Position numbers and translations under genes: made by a program | NCBI GenBank assembly: GCA_041736175.1 | Contig: JBGSUI010000019.1 | Coordinates: 1 to 56,028 of the forward strand | Source: Oligoflexales bacterium | GTDB lineage: Bacteria; Bdellovibrionota_B; Oligoflexia; Oligoflexales; CAIYRB01 | Length of the DNA stretch: 56,028 nt | Direction of reading: 5' to 3' | Shown: positions 29,001-37,272 of the stretch, in pieces | How positions within the stretch are numbered: the stretch's first letter is position 1 | Layout of the letters: each line of letters opens with the position of its first letter | The notes under the pieces: model-generated | Seen by the model: the letters and a program-made list of their open reading frames with translations, nothing else | The model's database searches: none | Told to the model about the DNA's origin: nothing

Positions 29001-31953
29001 AGGTACAGGCTCCCTTGACCTCTATACTAAACCTGATGTGGTCGTCTCTAGTTCTGGCTCCGAGCTTTGGGTGGCCGCAGCCCACGGGATGGGACCCCAT
29101 CTGCGGACACTTATGTTTCGCCCAAAGACTATGCGATTTGCCATCAATTATCTGTCGACGTCTGGGGTGACGAGCCTCACTCCCCTAGGCACTGCCGAAG
29201 TCCTTGGAGCTGCCCCTGGATACCAAACAAACATGATTTATAGCCTACAACTCATCAAAAATCTCAACCGAGTCCTCTTGGTGGTCAACGGCTCTGAGCT
29301 AGGAGTTTGGGAACACCCCTACAGTGGCGATCCATGGTCGCCTGTGAACGCCAACACCCGGAAAAACTACACCCCAGAGTCCTTGCCCATGGATATTCCT
29401 GGAGGCGCGGTATCAGCTATTGCCAACATCGGTACCGATATCTATGTGGGTGGATCCTTTCCCCATATGGGAGGCATCCCCGGCACCGCATTTCTCGCCC
29501 GCTGGAACGGATCCCAGTGGAGTCCGGTAGGTGACGGACTCAATGGACCCGTCAAAGCCCTCGCTGTCAATAACGGCAGACTCTACGTGGGCGGCGAGTT
29601 TACCCTGGTAGGGTCCATGCCCGTCTCAGGGATTGCCCAATGGGTTTATGACCATTGGGAGCCCCTTGGGTTTGGACTTACGACCATGGACGGGACCACT
29701 ACCTCCGTCCTCGCTTTGGAGTTTGAAAACTCATCTCCAGGAGCAGCGCTTTATGTGGGTGGGCATTTTCATCACACCGCAGGCCCGACTCCCGTCCCGC
29801 TAAACCATGTGGCCCGCTGGGATGGGTCTAATTTTACGCCGCTATTCCAAGGCGGCGAGTACGGGGTCGGTACCAATCCTCTTTGCCGGGTAAACGCCCT
29901 AAAAATTTACGCCAACGAACTCTTTGTCGGTGGATTTGGTTTAACCCTCCCGCACATTAGCTATACCGGCCCCGTCGCTAAATGGTCTACAAGCACCAGC
30001 CAGTGGTCGACCCCCGAAACCTCCGGCCCGCGTCTTGTAAACGGCCAAGTCTATGCGTTTGAAATCCTCTCAGGCAGCACGCTTTATATGGGTGGTAGTT
30101 TTCAAGCCAACCAATTTACCCCTTCGCTGACCGGTGCCGTCCATTTGGCTAAACTCGACCTCTCCAATCCCATCTGGGCCACAGCCGGTGGGTCAGGGGT
30201 TAGTGCAACTGCGGGTCACCAGGTAACTTCCCTCAAAGCCCATAGCGGGTTTCTCTTTGCAGGTGGTTTTTTTACAAACATCAATGGAACATCTATGAAT
30301 AACCTCGCCAAATGGAATGGATCTGCCTGGGCTGTCGCGGGAACCGCCAACGCCACCAACGGTCTGGTCCAGTCCCTTGCTTCCGACGGTACAAATCTTT
30401 ACTTTGGTGGTGATTTTTCAACGATTCAGGGGTCCATCTCTTCACCCTTTCTCGGCCGCTATAACGGCTCCCTCCAGGCATTCAGCACCAACTACGACCT
30501 CTTAGGAGTCATAAACGATGCCGCTATCAATCCTGCAACCGGTGATATCTATGTGGTCGGCAGTTTCACCAAAATCGGCGGAGTGCCTGCCACAAATATC
30601 GCCAAATGGTCGCCCACGACTCAGCTATGGTCGCCTATCGGATCCGGTTGTAATAATTTGATCACTTCGATCGCCCACAAACCCTTTACCAACCTTATGA
30701 TTGTTGCCGGATCCTTTACCAACTGTAGCGGCGTATCCAGCAATAAGATCGCCAAGCTTGATGTGAGCGCGACTCCTACTTGGAGTCAGATTTCCGCCTC
30801 TGGCCAACCCTCCACCTTAACCATAAACGATATGGAATTTGACCAAAGTGGCAATCTCTATGCCGTCGGGACAATCTCTCCGGGATTCAATTTTGTAAAG
30901 CTAAACAGCTCTATGACCAATTGGACCACTAACCTTGCCTCTACAGGTGGCACTCCACCTAAGACACTCCAAATCACCCCCGGTGGCTTGGTGGTTTTCG
31001 GTGGAGCTTCGGGATTAAACGGACTGCCACCTGGAATCCCTCTTTATGACCTATCGAACTCCAGTTGGAATTTCATTCCAGTCGATACTACCAATGCTCC
31101 GCTTGTTCAGACCGTGGCCTTGGGACCTAACAATACCATCTTTGTGGGCGGAAGTTTCACATCCATCAACGGGGTTCCCAATACCAGCAAGCTCGCCCAG
31201 GTCGATTGGGATGGAACAAACGGTATTTGGAGTGCAATCACCCCCTCGGCTACGACGAGGATCAATTCAGGATTGGTCAACTCTCTCTTTTGGGATGAAG
31301 AAGCGGCAAATCTCCTTGTAGGGGGAGATCTTAAAGATTTCAACAGTAACATACAGGGCGTAGGGGTCTGGACTGCCGCTCGAAACGATTGGAACCACTC
31401 CCTAGCCACCTCGGGGAAGGTCACTAAAATCATCCCATTCCCACCAGGGGGGTCAGTGGCTGCCGTAGTCGTGGGCACCTTTGGATCCATCGGCGGTCTC
31501 CCTACAGGAAACATTGGGTTTGCCAGACGCTCCAATATGGGATCTGGATCGTCCCAAGGGGTCTCTGGAATAGCCTATAACCAAGGCAAAATCAGGGCGC
31601 TCGCTGCCGAAGGCTCTAAACTCATCGAGCACCAGTTTACGGGAAACGATTGGCTAAAAACCACGATCGACAGCACACCCCTCGTTAAAGTCTCGTGGCC
31701 GACCTTGATGGGCAATCCCTCAAGCCCCACCGCACAAGCCCAAGCTTTATGGCTTGCAGACCGTCAAGTGCGAACATCCCAAGATCCCAACGATATGGGT
31801 TGGACTCTACCTGTATCGATCCTTAGCGGGACCGAGGTCGAAAGCCTGGCGGTCGATCGAGGAGTGGGATGGAGCGATACTTTGAAATTGATCTTTTTAG
31901 ATATCACTCATCCTTTTAGTCCTAGCTTAAAAGTGCAGAAAGCAAATCAATAG
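26062..31953 (+). CDS. Giant surface lipoprotein: Ala/Ser/Thr-rich helical region, Cys-rich knot, FN3-like domain and beta-propellers
   Basis: LSSC lipobox, FN3-like VDLEW...YAVY...LNPNTTYVFSI, and 14 blades of the type lyVGGxF...a(R/K)W. Confidence 0.85.
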   Translation: MGPIQKIISRATFWCILSSVTGTLSSCLKSPFGSSNGDLTYRNFNRNLTQIPKDKTTTASTGGTAGSLAISLGEQMIGRLESDLRAGGLTSNQIAAVTKEARGEMQAEAGKIVISALHGLWLGSSQDQTTGLNLADSSAELMGKLGAAVARGALKSFASDELKNLPAEIKQNTVGIMSTSVITAISGAPEKLSDAGITSVANTVIGSLIQSLPSAGFSGDQLMLSMSKVMQSAVGSLDEAGLSPEATSGTVVQMTQVTLDKASEITKDTAYAGSTIGAVAAAAINGLAATKASGAQSMTAIEAVTTASVKAAVNMDNSKTDIAKSIENLTNLTTKAMANVTASGDTVSGLERLMGAATQAVADASATKNRDLYSKMTASIVAGSVSAVDSVALKSGQGTASLVQTMVVTTATRALQGASSSEAVSMLSEVTGSAVKAFANSSLANDQQARSDAVGSAVNGTVTALSKMTGQDSSTTSSAIQGISRAGTEAVTQISGGTSETSTLTKQIMSTGIATLGSTMSGTDTTKLISLAGDMAKGAATGMASAKSDKLATQMSDLANSAIAGVNQAMARMGGTTSNTTVLSNFATTVAGSITTGLAIGGQSSRDISSITTSLATSIVSSVVSLAPQTDTSTLNQQVVSQAETGAELATNMGSGSMAKCRDKFKDDLSDADFIAALGGKSAGVYCQTVPELPFCPRPRRLVTGDYFWSMSPPYLCEFKPVPVASNSATLATTPAAGTTSATTTQAQVPIAPPIPGMVPPPNLGATSVWAAFVSDRSVDLEWSDISSTLPSLASYAVYRMPGALPTSAAEVTNQGFLLTGNIPGNQPKTTIKPLPPDQLNPNTTYVFSIVGRDSANQTFLVGSIQVTTGPKLLLTNPDVGAVMKNPGVQGFFDPHTKRHWAMIPSSGGLLFKHSPDNMLWSDGPFLSGTYNDVRLDSMAFGNHTVIFLVAQTSGEDIVMRTGTVGPSSIQFTPETYVFTGTGSLDLYTKPDVVVSSSGSELWVAAAHGMGPHLRTLMFRPKTMRFAINYLSTSGVTSLTPLGTAEVLGAAPGYQTNMIYSLQLIKNLNRVLLVVNGSELGVWEHPYSGDPWSPVNANTRKNYTPESLPMDIPGGAVSAIANIGTDIYVGGSFPHMGGIPGTAFLARWNGSQWSPVGDGLNGPVKALAVNNGRLYVGGEFTLVGSMPVSGIAQWVYDHWEPLGFGLTTMDGTTTSVLALEFENSSPGAALYVGGHFHHTAGPTPVPLNHVARWDGSNFTPLFQGGEYGVGTNPLCRVNALKIYANELFVGGFGLTLPHISYTGPVAKWSTSTSQWSTPETSGPRLVNGQVYAFEILSGSTLYMGGSFQANQFTPSLTGAVHLAKLDLSNPIWATAGGSGVSATAGHQVTSLKAHSGFLFAGGFFTNINGTSMNNLAKWNGSAWAVAGTANATNGLVQSLASDGTNLYFGGDFSTIQGSISSPFLGRYNGSLQAFSTNYDLLGVINDAAINPATGDIYVVGSFTKIGGVPATNIAKWSPTTQLWSPIGSGCNNLITSIAHKPFTNLMIVAGSFTNCSGVSSNKIAKLDVSATPTWSQISASGQPSTLTINDMEFDQSGNLYAVGTISPGFNFVKLNSSMTNWTTNLASTGGTPPKTLQITPGGLVVFGGASGLNGLPPGIPLYDLSNSSWNFIPVDTTNAPLVQTVALGPNNTIFVGGSFTSINGVPNTSKLAQVDWDGTNGIWSAITPSATTRINSGLVNSLFWDEEAANLLVGGDLKDFNSNIQGVGVWTAARNDWNHSLATSGKVTKIIPFPPGGSVAAVVVGTFGSIGGLPTGNIGFARRSNMGSGSSQGVSGIAYNQGKIRALAAEGSKLIEHQFTGNDWLKTTIDSTPLVKVSWPTLMGNPSSPTAQAQALWLADRQVRTSQDPNDMGWTLPVSILSGTEVESLAVDRGVGWSDTLKLIFLDITHPFSPSLKVQKANQ

Positions 31954-32078
31954 AAATTTTGGGACAAGGCGTGTGTTAACTCCCGCCCCGCATCGACCTA
32001 TGATCAGTAAATGTAGCCAGAAAATCTTCAAGTGACTATAGTGGCGAAAGCACTATGCTCTCAGGAAGAGGTTCCGCT

Positions 32079-33281
32079 ATGAGTGATGATGACGACTTCA
32101 AAGTGACTCGGATCAATCCCCGCCGGCCCAAGCCTAACCCCTGGACCAAACTTTTGAACTCCATCAAGCAGCAACTTGGAGGTAGAAACGGTGGGAATGG
32201 TGGCAACGGGAGAACAGGTACACCCTCATACTACGGATCGGGCGGATCGGGCGGATCGGGCGGAGGGGGTGGTGGGAGCGGAGGCCTTAAAGGCGCCCAG
32301 GGCGGGGATGGTCCAAGGAACACCCTGCTCGTGGTCGGGGTGATCGGGCTCTTGATCATCTGGGGAGCCCTTTCGTCCTTTTACACGGTGGATATCAGCG
32401 AAGAAGCCGTCGTCACCCGTTTTGGGGCCTACCACCGCACTACACCCTCGGGCATGCAGTTTAAGCTCCCCTTTGGGATCGAAGATGTCTATAAGGTGCA
32501 GTCGAAACGGATCCTCCAAGAGGAGTTTGGGTTTAGGACCCGGGATCTTTCAAGCAGCGGTACTACCTATGACAAGTCCGAATACGTCCCCGAGAGTCTT
32601 ATGCTGACGGGGGATCTCAATGTTGCTGATGTGGAGTGGATCCTACAGTTTCGCATCGCCGACCCCTGGAAGTTTCTCTTCCACGCCAGGGATGTGGAAA
32701 GGAATCTCCGGGATGTTTCCATGTCCATCATGCGCCGCGTGGTGGGCGACCGCCTCGTGGGCGATGTTTTGACCACGGGACGGGTAGAGATCGCTGACCA
32801 GGCCAAAACCCTTAGCCAAGAGGTGCTCGACCAGTATGATATGGGTATCAAAATCGAAAAAATCATCCTCCAGGGAGCCAATCCCCCCGAAAAAGTCAAA
32901 CCTGCCTTTAACGAGGTAAACGCCGCAAAACAAGAACAAGAGCAGACCATTAACCTGGCCGAACGGGAGTACAACAAGATCATCCCCGAAGCTCGTGGCA
33001 ACGCCGACCGTCTGGTGGCCGATGCCCAGGGCTATGCCATCGATGTGGTCAACCGCGCCTTAGGCAACGCCACCCTCTTTGAAGAGGTGTTAAAAGCCTA
33101 TAAAACTGCTCCTGAAATCACCCGTCGCCGGATGTATTTGGACACTATGGAAGAGGTTTTTACCAAAGCCAAACAGCTCACCATCGTCGATCACCAGATC
33201 AAGGGGGTGATGCCCATCTATAACCAGCAGGCTGGTTCCATACTCCCGGGCCTTCCACCCGCTCCAGCCAAGACACCTTAA
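32079..33281 (+). CDS. hflK: FtsH protease modulator HflK
   Basis: Single TM helix then SPFH domain (MLTGDLNVADVEW, AFNEVNAA, TRRRMYLDTM). Adjacent to hflC. Confidence 0.95.
   Translation: MSDDDDFKVTRINPRRPKPNPWTKLLNSIKQQLGGRNGGNGGNGRTGTPSYYGSGGSGGSGGGGGGSGGLKGAQGGDGPRNTLLVVGVIGLLIIWGALSSFYTVDISEEAVVTRFGAYHRTTPSGMQFKLPFGIEDVYKVQSKRILQEEFGFRTRDLSSSGTTYDKSEYVPESLMLTGDLNVADVEWILQFRIADPWKFLFHARDVERNLRDVSMSIMRRVVGDRLVGDVLTTGRVEIADQAKTLSQEVLDQYDMGIKIEKIILQGANPPEKVKPAFNEVNAAKQEQEQTINLAEREYNKIIPEARGNADRLVADAQGYAIDVVNRALGNATLFEEVLKAYKTAPEITRRRMYLDTMEEVFTKAKQLTIVDHQIKGVMPIYNQQAGSILPGLPPAPAKTP
32234..32264 (+). repeat. In-frame 9-bp tandem repeat (CGGATCGGG, about 3.4 units) in the hflK Gly-rich N-terminus
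   Basis: Read directly; encodes GSG GSG GSG. Confidence 0.8.
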
Positions 33282-33293
33282 GAGGATCCACCC

Positions 33294-34283
33294 ATGAATC
33301 ATAAGATCGCCATCGGAATCATATTTGTCGCCCTACTCATTGGGCTGCGGGGTAGCTATTTTATCCTCCCCGAAGGCCAGCAGGCGCTGATCACCCAGTT
33401 TGGCCAAATCCAAGGGGAGCCAATCACCAAGGCTGGCCTCCACTTCAAAGTGCCTATGATCCACGACGTCCGCTATTTCGAAAAGCGGATGTTGACCTGG
33501 GACGGCGACCAAGAACAAATACCCACCAAGGACAAAAAATATATCTGGGTGGATACCACCGCCCGTTGGCGCATCCAAGATCTGCGGAAATTTGCCGAGA
33601 CCGTGCAGAGCGAGGTCGGTGCTCGCAACCGCCTGGACGGAATCCTTGATGGGGTCACTCGGGACACGATCTCTAATCATAATTTGGTTGAAGCAGTGCG
33701 CAATTCTAACGGGATCTTCGAAAATATCGCTGCCAAAAAAGCCGCCGCTCTCGCCACCGCAGCCAAAGGCGGAACCGATGCGGTCGCTGCCGCCATCGAA
33801 GAAGAGATCACCGGTGATATCGAAAAAATCAGCAAAGGCCGCGAACAGCTCAGTCGCCTGATCGCCGATCGCGCTCGGGCCGAGCTGGTGCCCTTTGGGA
33901 TCGAACTCATCGACGTCCAGCTACGTCGGATCGCCTACGAAAACAGTGTGGAACAAAAAGTCTATGAGCGGATGATATCTGAGCGTAACCGGATCGCCGA
34001 AAAAATCCGCTCCATCGGCAAAGGAGAAGAGGCTAAGATCCGCGGCACCCTAAACCGTGATCTTAAAGAGATCGAGTCTGAGGCCTATCGAAAAGCCCAG
34101 GAGATCAAAGGTATCGCCGAAGCTAAAGCGACCAATATCTATGCCAAAGCAATGCAGCAGGACCCTGAATATTATAGCTTTATGCGAACCCTTGAGGTCT
34201 ACCGCAATGCTATTCCGGAAAAGGCAAATTTTATCGTTTCCACGGACTCTGATTTTCTGCGCCTCTTGACGAAACAGCCTTGA
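33294..34283 (+). CDS. hflC: FtsH protease modulator HflC
   Basis: GLHFKVP, IPTKDKKYIWVD..ARWRI, VYERMISER..IA..RS.G and YSFMRTL. Confidence 0.95.
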   Translation: MNHKIAIGIIFVALLIGLRGSYFILPEGQQALITQFGQIQGEPITKAGLHFKVPMIHDVRYFEKRMLTWDGDQEQIPTKDKKYIWVDTTARWRIQDLRKFAETVQSEVGARNRLDGILDGVTRDTISNHNLVEAVRNSNGIFENIAAKKAAALATAAKGGTDAVAAAIEEEITGDIEKISKGREQLSRLIADRARAELVPFGIELIDVQLRRIAYENSVEQKVYERMISERNRIAEKIRSIGKGEEAKIRGTLNRDLKEIESEAYRKAQEIKGIAEAKATNIYAKAMQQDPEYYSFMRTLEVYRNAIPEKANFIVSTDSDFLRLLTKQP

Positions 34284-34290
34284 TCACCCA

Positions 34291-34671
34291 TTAAGGAATC
34301 TTAGAGGGGCAACGCCAAATAAACACCAGCACCACCCCCACGGTGGCAAACATCGCCATTTTAGCGAACACTGGAATCTGCGGTAAAAACCCCACCCAAA
34401 GGACACTGATTCCTGTCATAGATGTGGCAAAGATTTTGGCTTTAAGAGGGATCATCCGGTGACTGCGCCACAGGATCACCGCTGGACCTAGCTTGGGGTG
34501 GTTGATGATCCAGGCTTCAAATCGCTTGGATCCTTTGCTGTAACAATAGGCCGCGACGATCACAAAGGGAGCCGTCGGCAAAAGCGGGACAAAGATTCCC
34601 ACCACTCCCACAGCAAAAGCTAGATGACCAAGGGCGAGCCATAACCAGGTTTTAGTTTTGAGTAAGTCCAT
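34291..34671 (-). CDS. ybaN: YbaN/DUF454 family inner membrane protein
   Basis: GVVGIFVPLLPTAPF...AAYCYSKGS.RF..W...HP..G. Confidence 0.88.
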   Translation of the reverse strand: MDLLKTKTWLWLALGHLAFAVGVVGIFVPLLPTAPFVIVAAYCYSKGSKRFEAWIINHPKLGPAVILWRSHRMIPLKAKIFATSMTGISVLWVGFLPQIPVFAKMAMFATVGVVLVFIWRCPSKIP

Positions 34672-35317
34672 GGACCACCCGCCCTAAGTTCACGTGAAGC
34701 AACGACTCTACGACCAGATCCGCCAGAGAAAAATCAAGCCCTGCGGTGACTCGATTGGGAACCGCAATACAGGTCATCCCCGCCGCCTTCGCAGCCTTGA
34801 CTCCATTGAGAGAGTCCTCAAAGACGATACATTCCCTAGGCTCAATCCCCAGATTTTGGGCGCATAGCTGGTACAGCTCGGGATGAGGCTTGATGTTTTT
34901 GACTTGGTCTGCCGTGACCACCGCCTGAAACGCCGACAATACCCCCAGACGCTCGGCATGCCCTAGAACCGACACCGCTGCTGAACTGGTCGCAAGCCCG
35001 AGATGCAGTCCCAAAAGCTGGGCTTCTCGAATTCTGTCTAAGACCCCAGGCATAGGTCCAAGGAGGGAGGCCTGCTGTTTTTTCCGCTGCTCCTTATCGT
35101 GGATAAGCGCCTGGCGGTCCAAGGACTCTCCCGTCAACTGCCCCAAGTGCACCACTGGATCAAACATCCCATATCCTGAGCCAACACAGAGGACCCAAAG
35201 TTCCAGGGGTAACACCTGACCATGCTCCCGGTAGATCGCCGACCATGCTTCGAAGGCCGCCCATTCGGTGTCGATGATAAGACCGTCGAAATCAAAGATA
35301 AGGGCACGATACTTCAC
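34652..35317 (-). CDS. HAD-IA family phosphatase
   Basis: FDFDGLIIDTE, ATSS, KPHPELY and FEDS.NGVKAAKAAGM. Confidence 0.92.
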   Translation of the reverse strand: MKYRALIFDFDGLIIDTEWAAFEAWSAIYREHGQVLPLELWVLCVGSGYGMFDPVVHLGQLTGESLDRQALIHDKEQRKKQQASLLGPMPGVLDRIREAQLLGLHLGLATSSAAVSVLGHAERLGVLSAFQAVVTADQVKNIKPHPELYQLCAQNLGIEPRECIVFEDSLNGVKAAKAAGMTCIAVPNRVTAGLDFSLADLVVESLLHVNLGRVVHGLTQN

Positions 35318-36267
35318 TGGATCCTTGTTTGACCCGATCTTCCTGCTTTTGCAGCAGCAACCCGAATCGATTGGGACCTGGTCATAACGATCACAGGGTC
35401 CATGGGTTGATCAAAGCGCGCCATCACCTCAAAATGAAGGTGGGTTCCCCGCGCATTGCCCGTGGCCCCTACTTTACCGATCACCTTTTTGAGGTCAACC
35501 CATTCCCCCGTCTTCACCCTGATGGCACTGAGGTGAGCATAAAGGGTTTGATAGGAACGGTGCTGGATGATCACTACTTTACCATAGCGTTTTTTCCATC
35601 CAGCAAACACCACAGTCCCTTCGGCCGAAGCCCAAATGGGAGATCCATGGGGGGCCTTTAGGTCCACACCTCGGTGTAGCTTGCCGTGACGGTTACCAAA
35701 GTGCGAGCTGATGGCTCCCCGCAGGGGCCACCGCATGGGTTCGAGGGCCAGGGCATCAAGGCCACCGGTCTCACCCAGACCAAAGTCCCGCTGGATTTCG
35801 AACTCTTCGTCAATGGACTTTTCTAGGTTAGAGGATTCTGCTGGGCGGGAGCCGCCAAAAAACAACCCCCTTTTAGGGCGACGAGCTGCCTTTTGGCGTC
35901 TCCCTTCTTCTGGGCTCACGGAATCTGAGTTGGTCGGTCCCAGCCCGCCCCTCGGCTCTATATCACCATCACCGAGATCGAGGGCGCTGTCCTCGTCAGG
36001 ACTCCGTGAGGTTTTAGATGGTCTCCCTGGAAAATCCCCTTCTTTAAACTCAGAAGGATCCGCAACCTGGGATCCCTTGGAATAACTTGGCGCTTTAACT
36101 CGCCGACCTCCTGACCCATTTTGCTGGGTAGCATTCCTTTTGGAGGTGGTCACACACCCCCAGAGGCTTAGAAACACCATGGCGATGAAGGAGATTCGGC
36201 ACAAATATAAAAAGGATCTGTGGGTCTTAGAAGGGTTCAAAACGTTTATCCTGAGGAAATGGCCCAT
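35314..36267 (-). CDS. M23 family peptidoglycan endopeptidase lipoprotein (NlpD-like, no LysM seen)
   Basis: LWGC lipobox, HRGVD, YAHL and HLHFEV. Downstream of surE. Start uncertain. Confidence 0.88.
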   Translation of the reverse strand: MGHFLRINVLNPSKTHRSFLYLCRISFIAMVFLSLWGCVTTSKRNATQQNGSGGRRVKAPSYSKGSQVADPSEFKEGDFPGRPSKTSRSPDEDSALDLGDGDIEPRGGLGPTNSDSVSPEEGRRQKAARRPKRGLFFGGSRPAESSNLEKSIDEEFEIQRDFGLGETGGLDALALEPMRWPLRGAISSHFGNRHGKLHRGVDLKAPHGSPIWASAEGTVVFAGWKKRYGKVVIIQHRSYQTLYAHLSAIRVKTGEWVDLKKVIGKVGATGNARGTHLHFEVMARFDQPMDPVIVMTRSQSIRVAAAKAGRSGQTRIQ

Positions 36268-36370
36268 GGACCCTAGGTCTAGGGTGGATTTACGGGATCT
36301 TTAAGAGCGATCTCTTAATAATAGATCGTAACGCTCTGTGTTACAACCTTTTTTTGCACAGATATCCGGT

Positions 36371-37180
36371 TTATCTCTCAGGAGAGGAAGGACGCAGAGC
36401 ACGGTCTAATAAGGGCTGGAAATGGCCTAGAAGATGGGTTTGTTGGTGACTACTGACATGATCTGGACCTAGGGCCGTCAGGGTGACATAACCTTCCCTG
36501 AGGAGTTTGCAGTCGGATCCTTCGATATCCTCAATGTCCTCACCCCCGCCTCCGATCCAGTAATAAGGTCGTCCCCTAGGGTCAATCTGCTCGACAACCT
36601 GTTTGTCATAGATCCGGCGCCCTAGCGTACAGACTCGAAAGCCTTTGATCTCGTCAAATCTAAGATCAGGGATATTGACGTTGATCACCCCTTCAGGGAG
36701 GGTTTTGGGGACCTCGCTCACCAAGCGTTCTAAGACCACGCGGACCACCTTAATGGCATCAGCATAGTCAGTAAGATCAAAGGCCCGTCTCTTGTCTAAA
36801 GAAAATGCAACCCCGCGGCTCCCTTGCATCACACCTTCCATTGCCGCAGCGATGGTTCCAGAATAGAGGGTATCCTGGCCGATATTTGAGCCCCGGTTGA
36901 TGCCACTCAGCACAAAATCCGGATGGCGATCCAAAAGCTTGTTGACGGCGAGAATCACACAATCTGCAGGGGTCCCGGTCACCCCAAAAGTTCTACCATC
37001 AATAGGATCGATCCTCAGGGGACTAGTCAAGGTAAGGGCCTGGGAAAATCCAGATTTCTCTTCGTGGGGCGCGACAACCACCACATCCCCTAAGCGTTCA
37101 GCAGCCATCACCAGGGCTTTAATCCCTGGTGCATGGACACCATCATCGTTACAAATCAAAAAAAGAGGTTTAGGGGACAT
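36371..37180 (-). CDS. surE: 5'/3'-nucleotidase SurE
   Basis: NDDGVHAPGI, GTPADCV, SGINRG.N and YSGT.AAA.EG. Confidence 0.96.
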   Translation of the reverse strand: MSPKPLFLICNDDGVHAPGIKALVMAAERLGDVVVVAPHEEKSGFSQALTLTSPLRIDPIDGRTFGVTGTPADCVILAVNKLLDRHPDFVLSGINRGSNIGQDTLYSGTIAAAMEGVMQGSRGVAFSLDKRRAFDLTDYADAIKVVRVVLERLVSEVPKTLPEGVINVNIPDLRFDEIKGFRVCTLGRRIYDKQVVEQIDPRGRPYYWIGGGGEDIEDIEGSDCKLLREGYVTLTALGPDHVSSHQQTHLLGHFQPLLDRALRPSSPER

Positions 37181-37272
37181 AGAGCAGGCTCCTCAAAAAG
37201 ACTCCAAGAGTCGAGAGACCATATGTTTATAGGCCTCCTCCAGCTTGGTCAAGGATATGCTCGTTACACCTG

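Noticed and set aside
26436..31535. Many antisense ORFs inside the giant lipoprotein gene, and likewise inside gltG, hflK, gltD and dcp
   Set aside because: These are shadow ORFs caused by codon bias of the real genes, with no independent coding signal.
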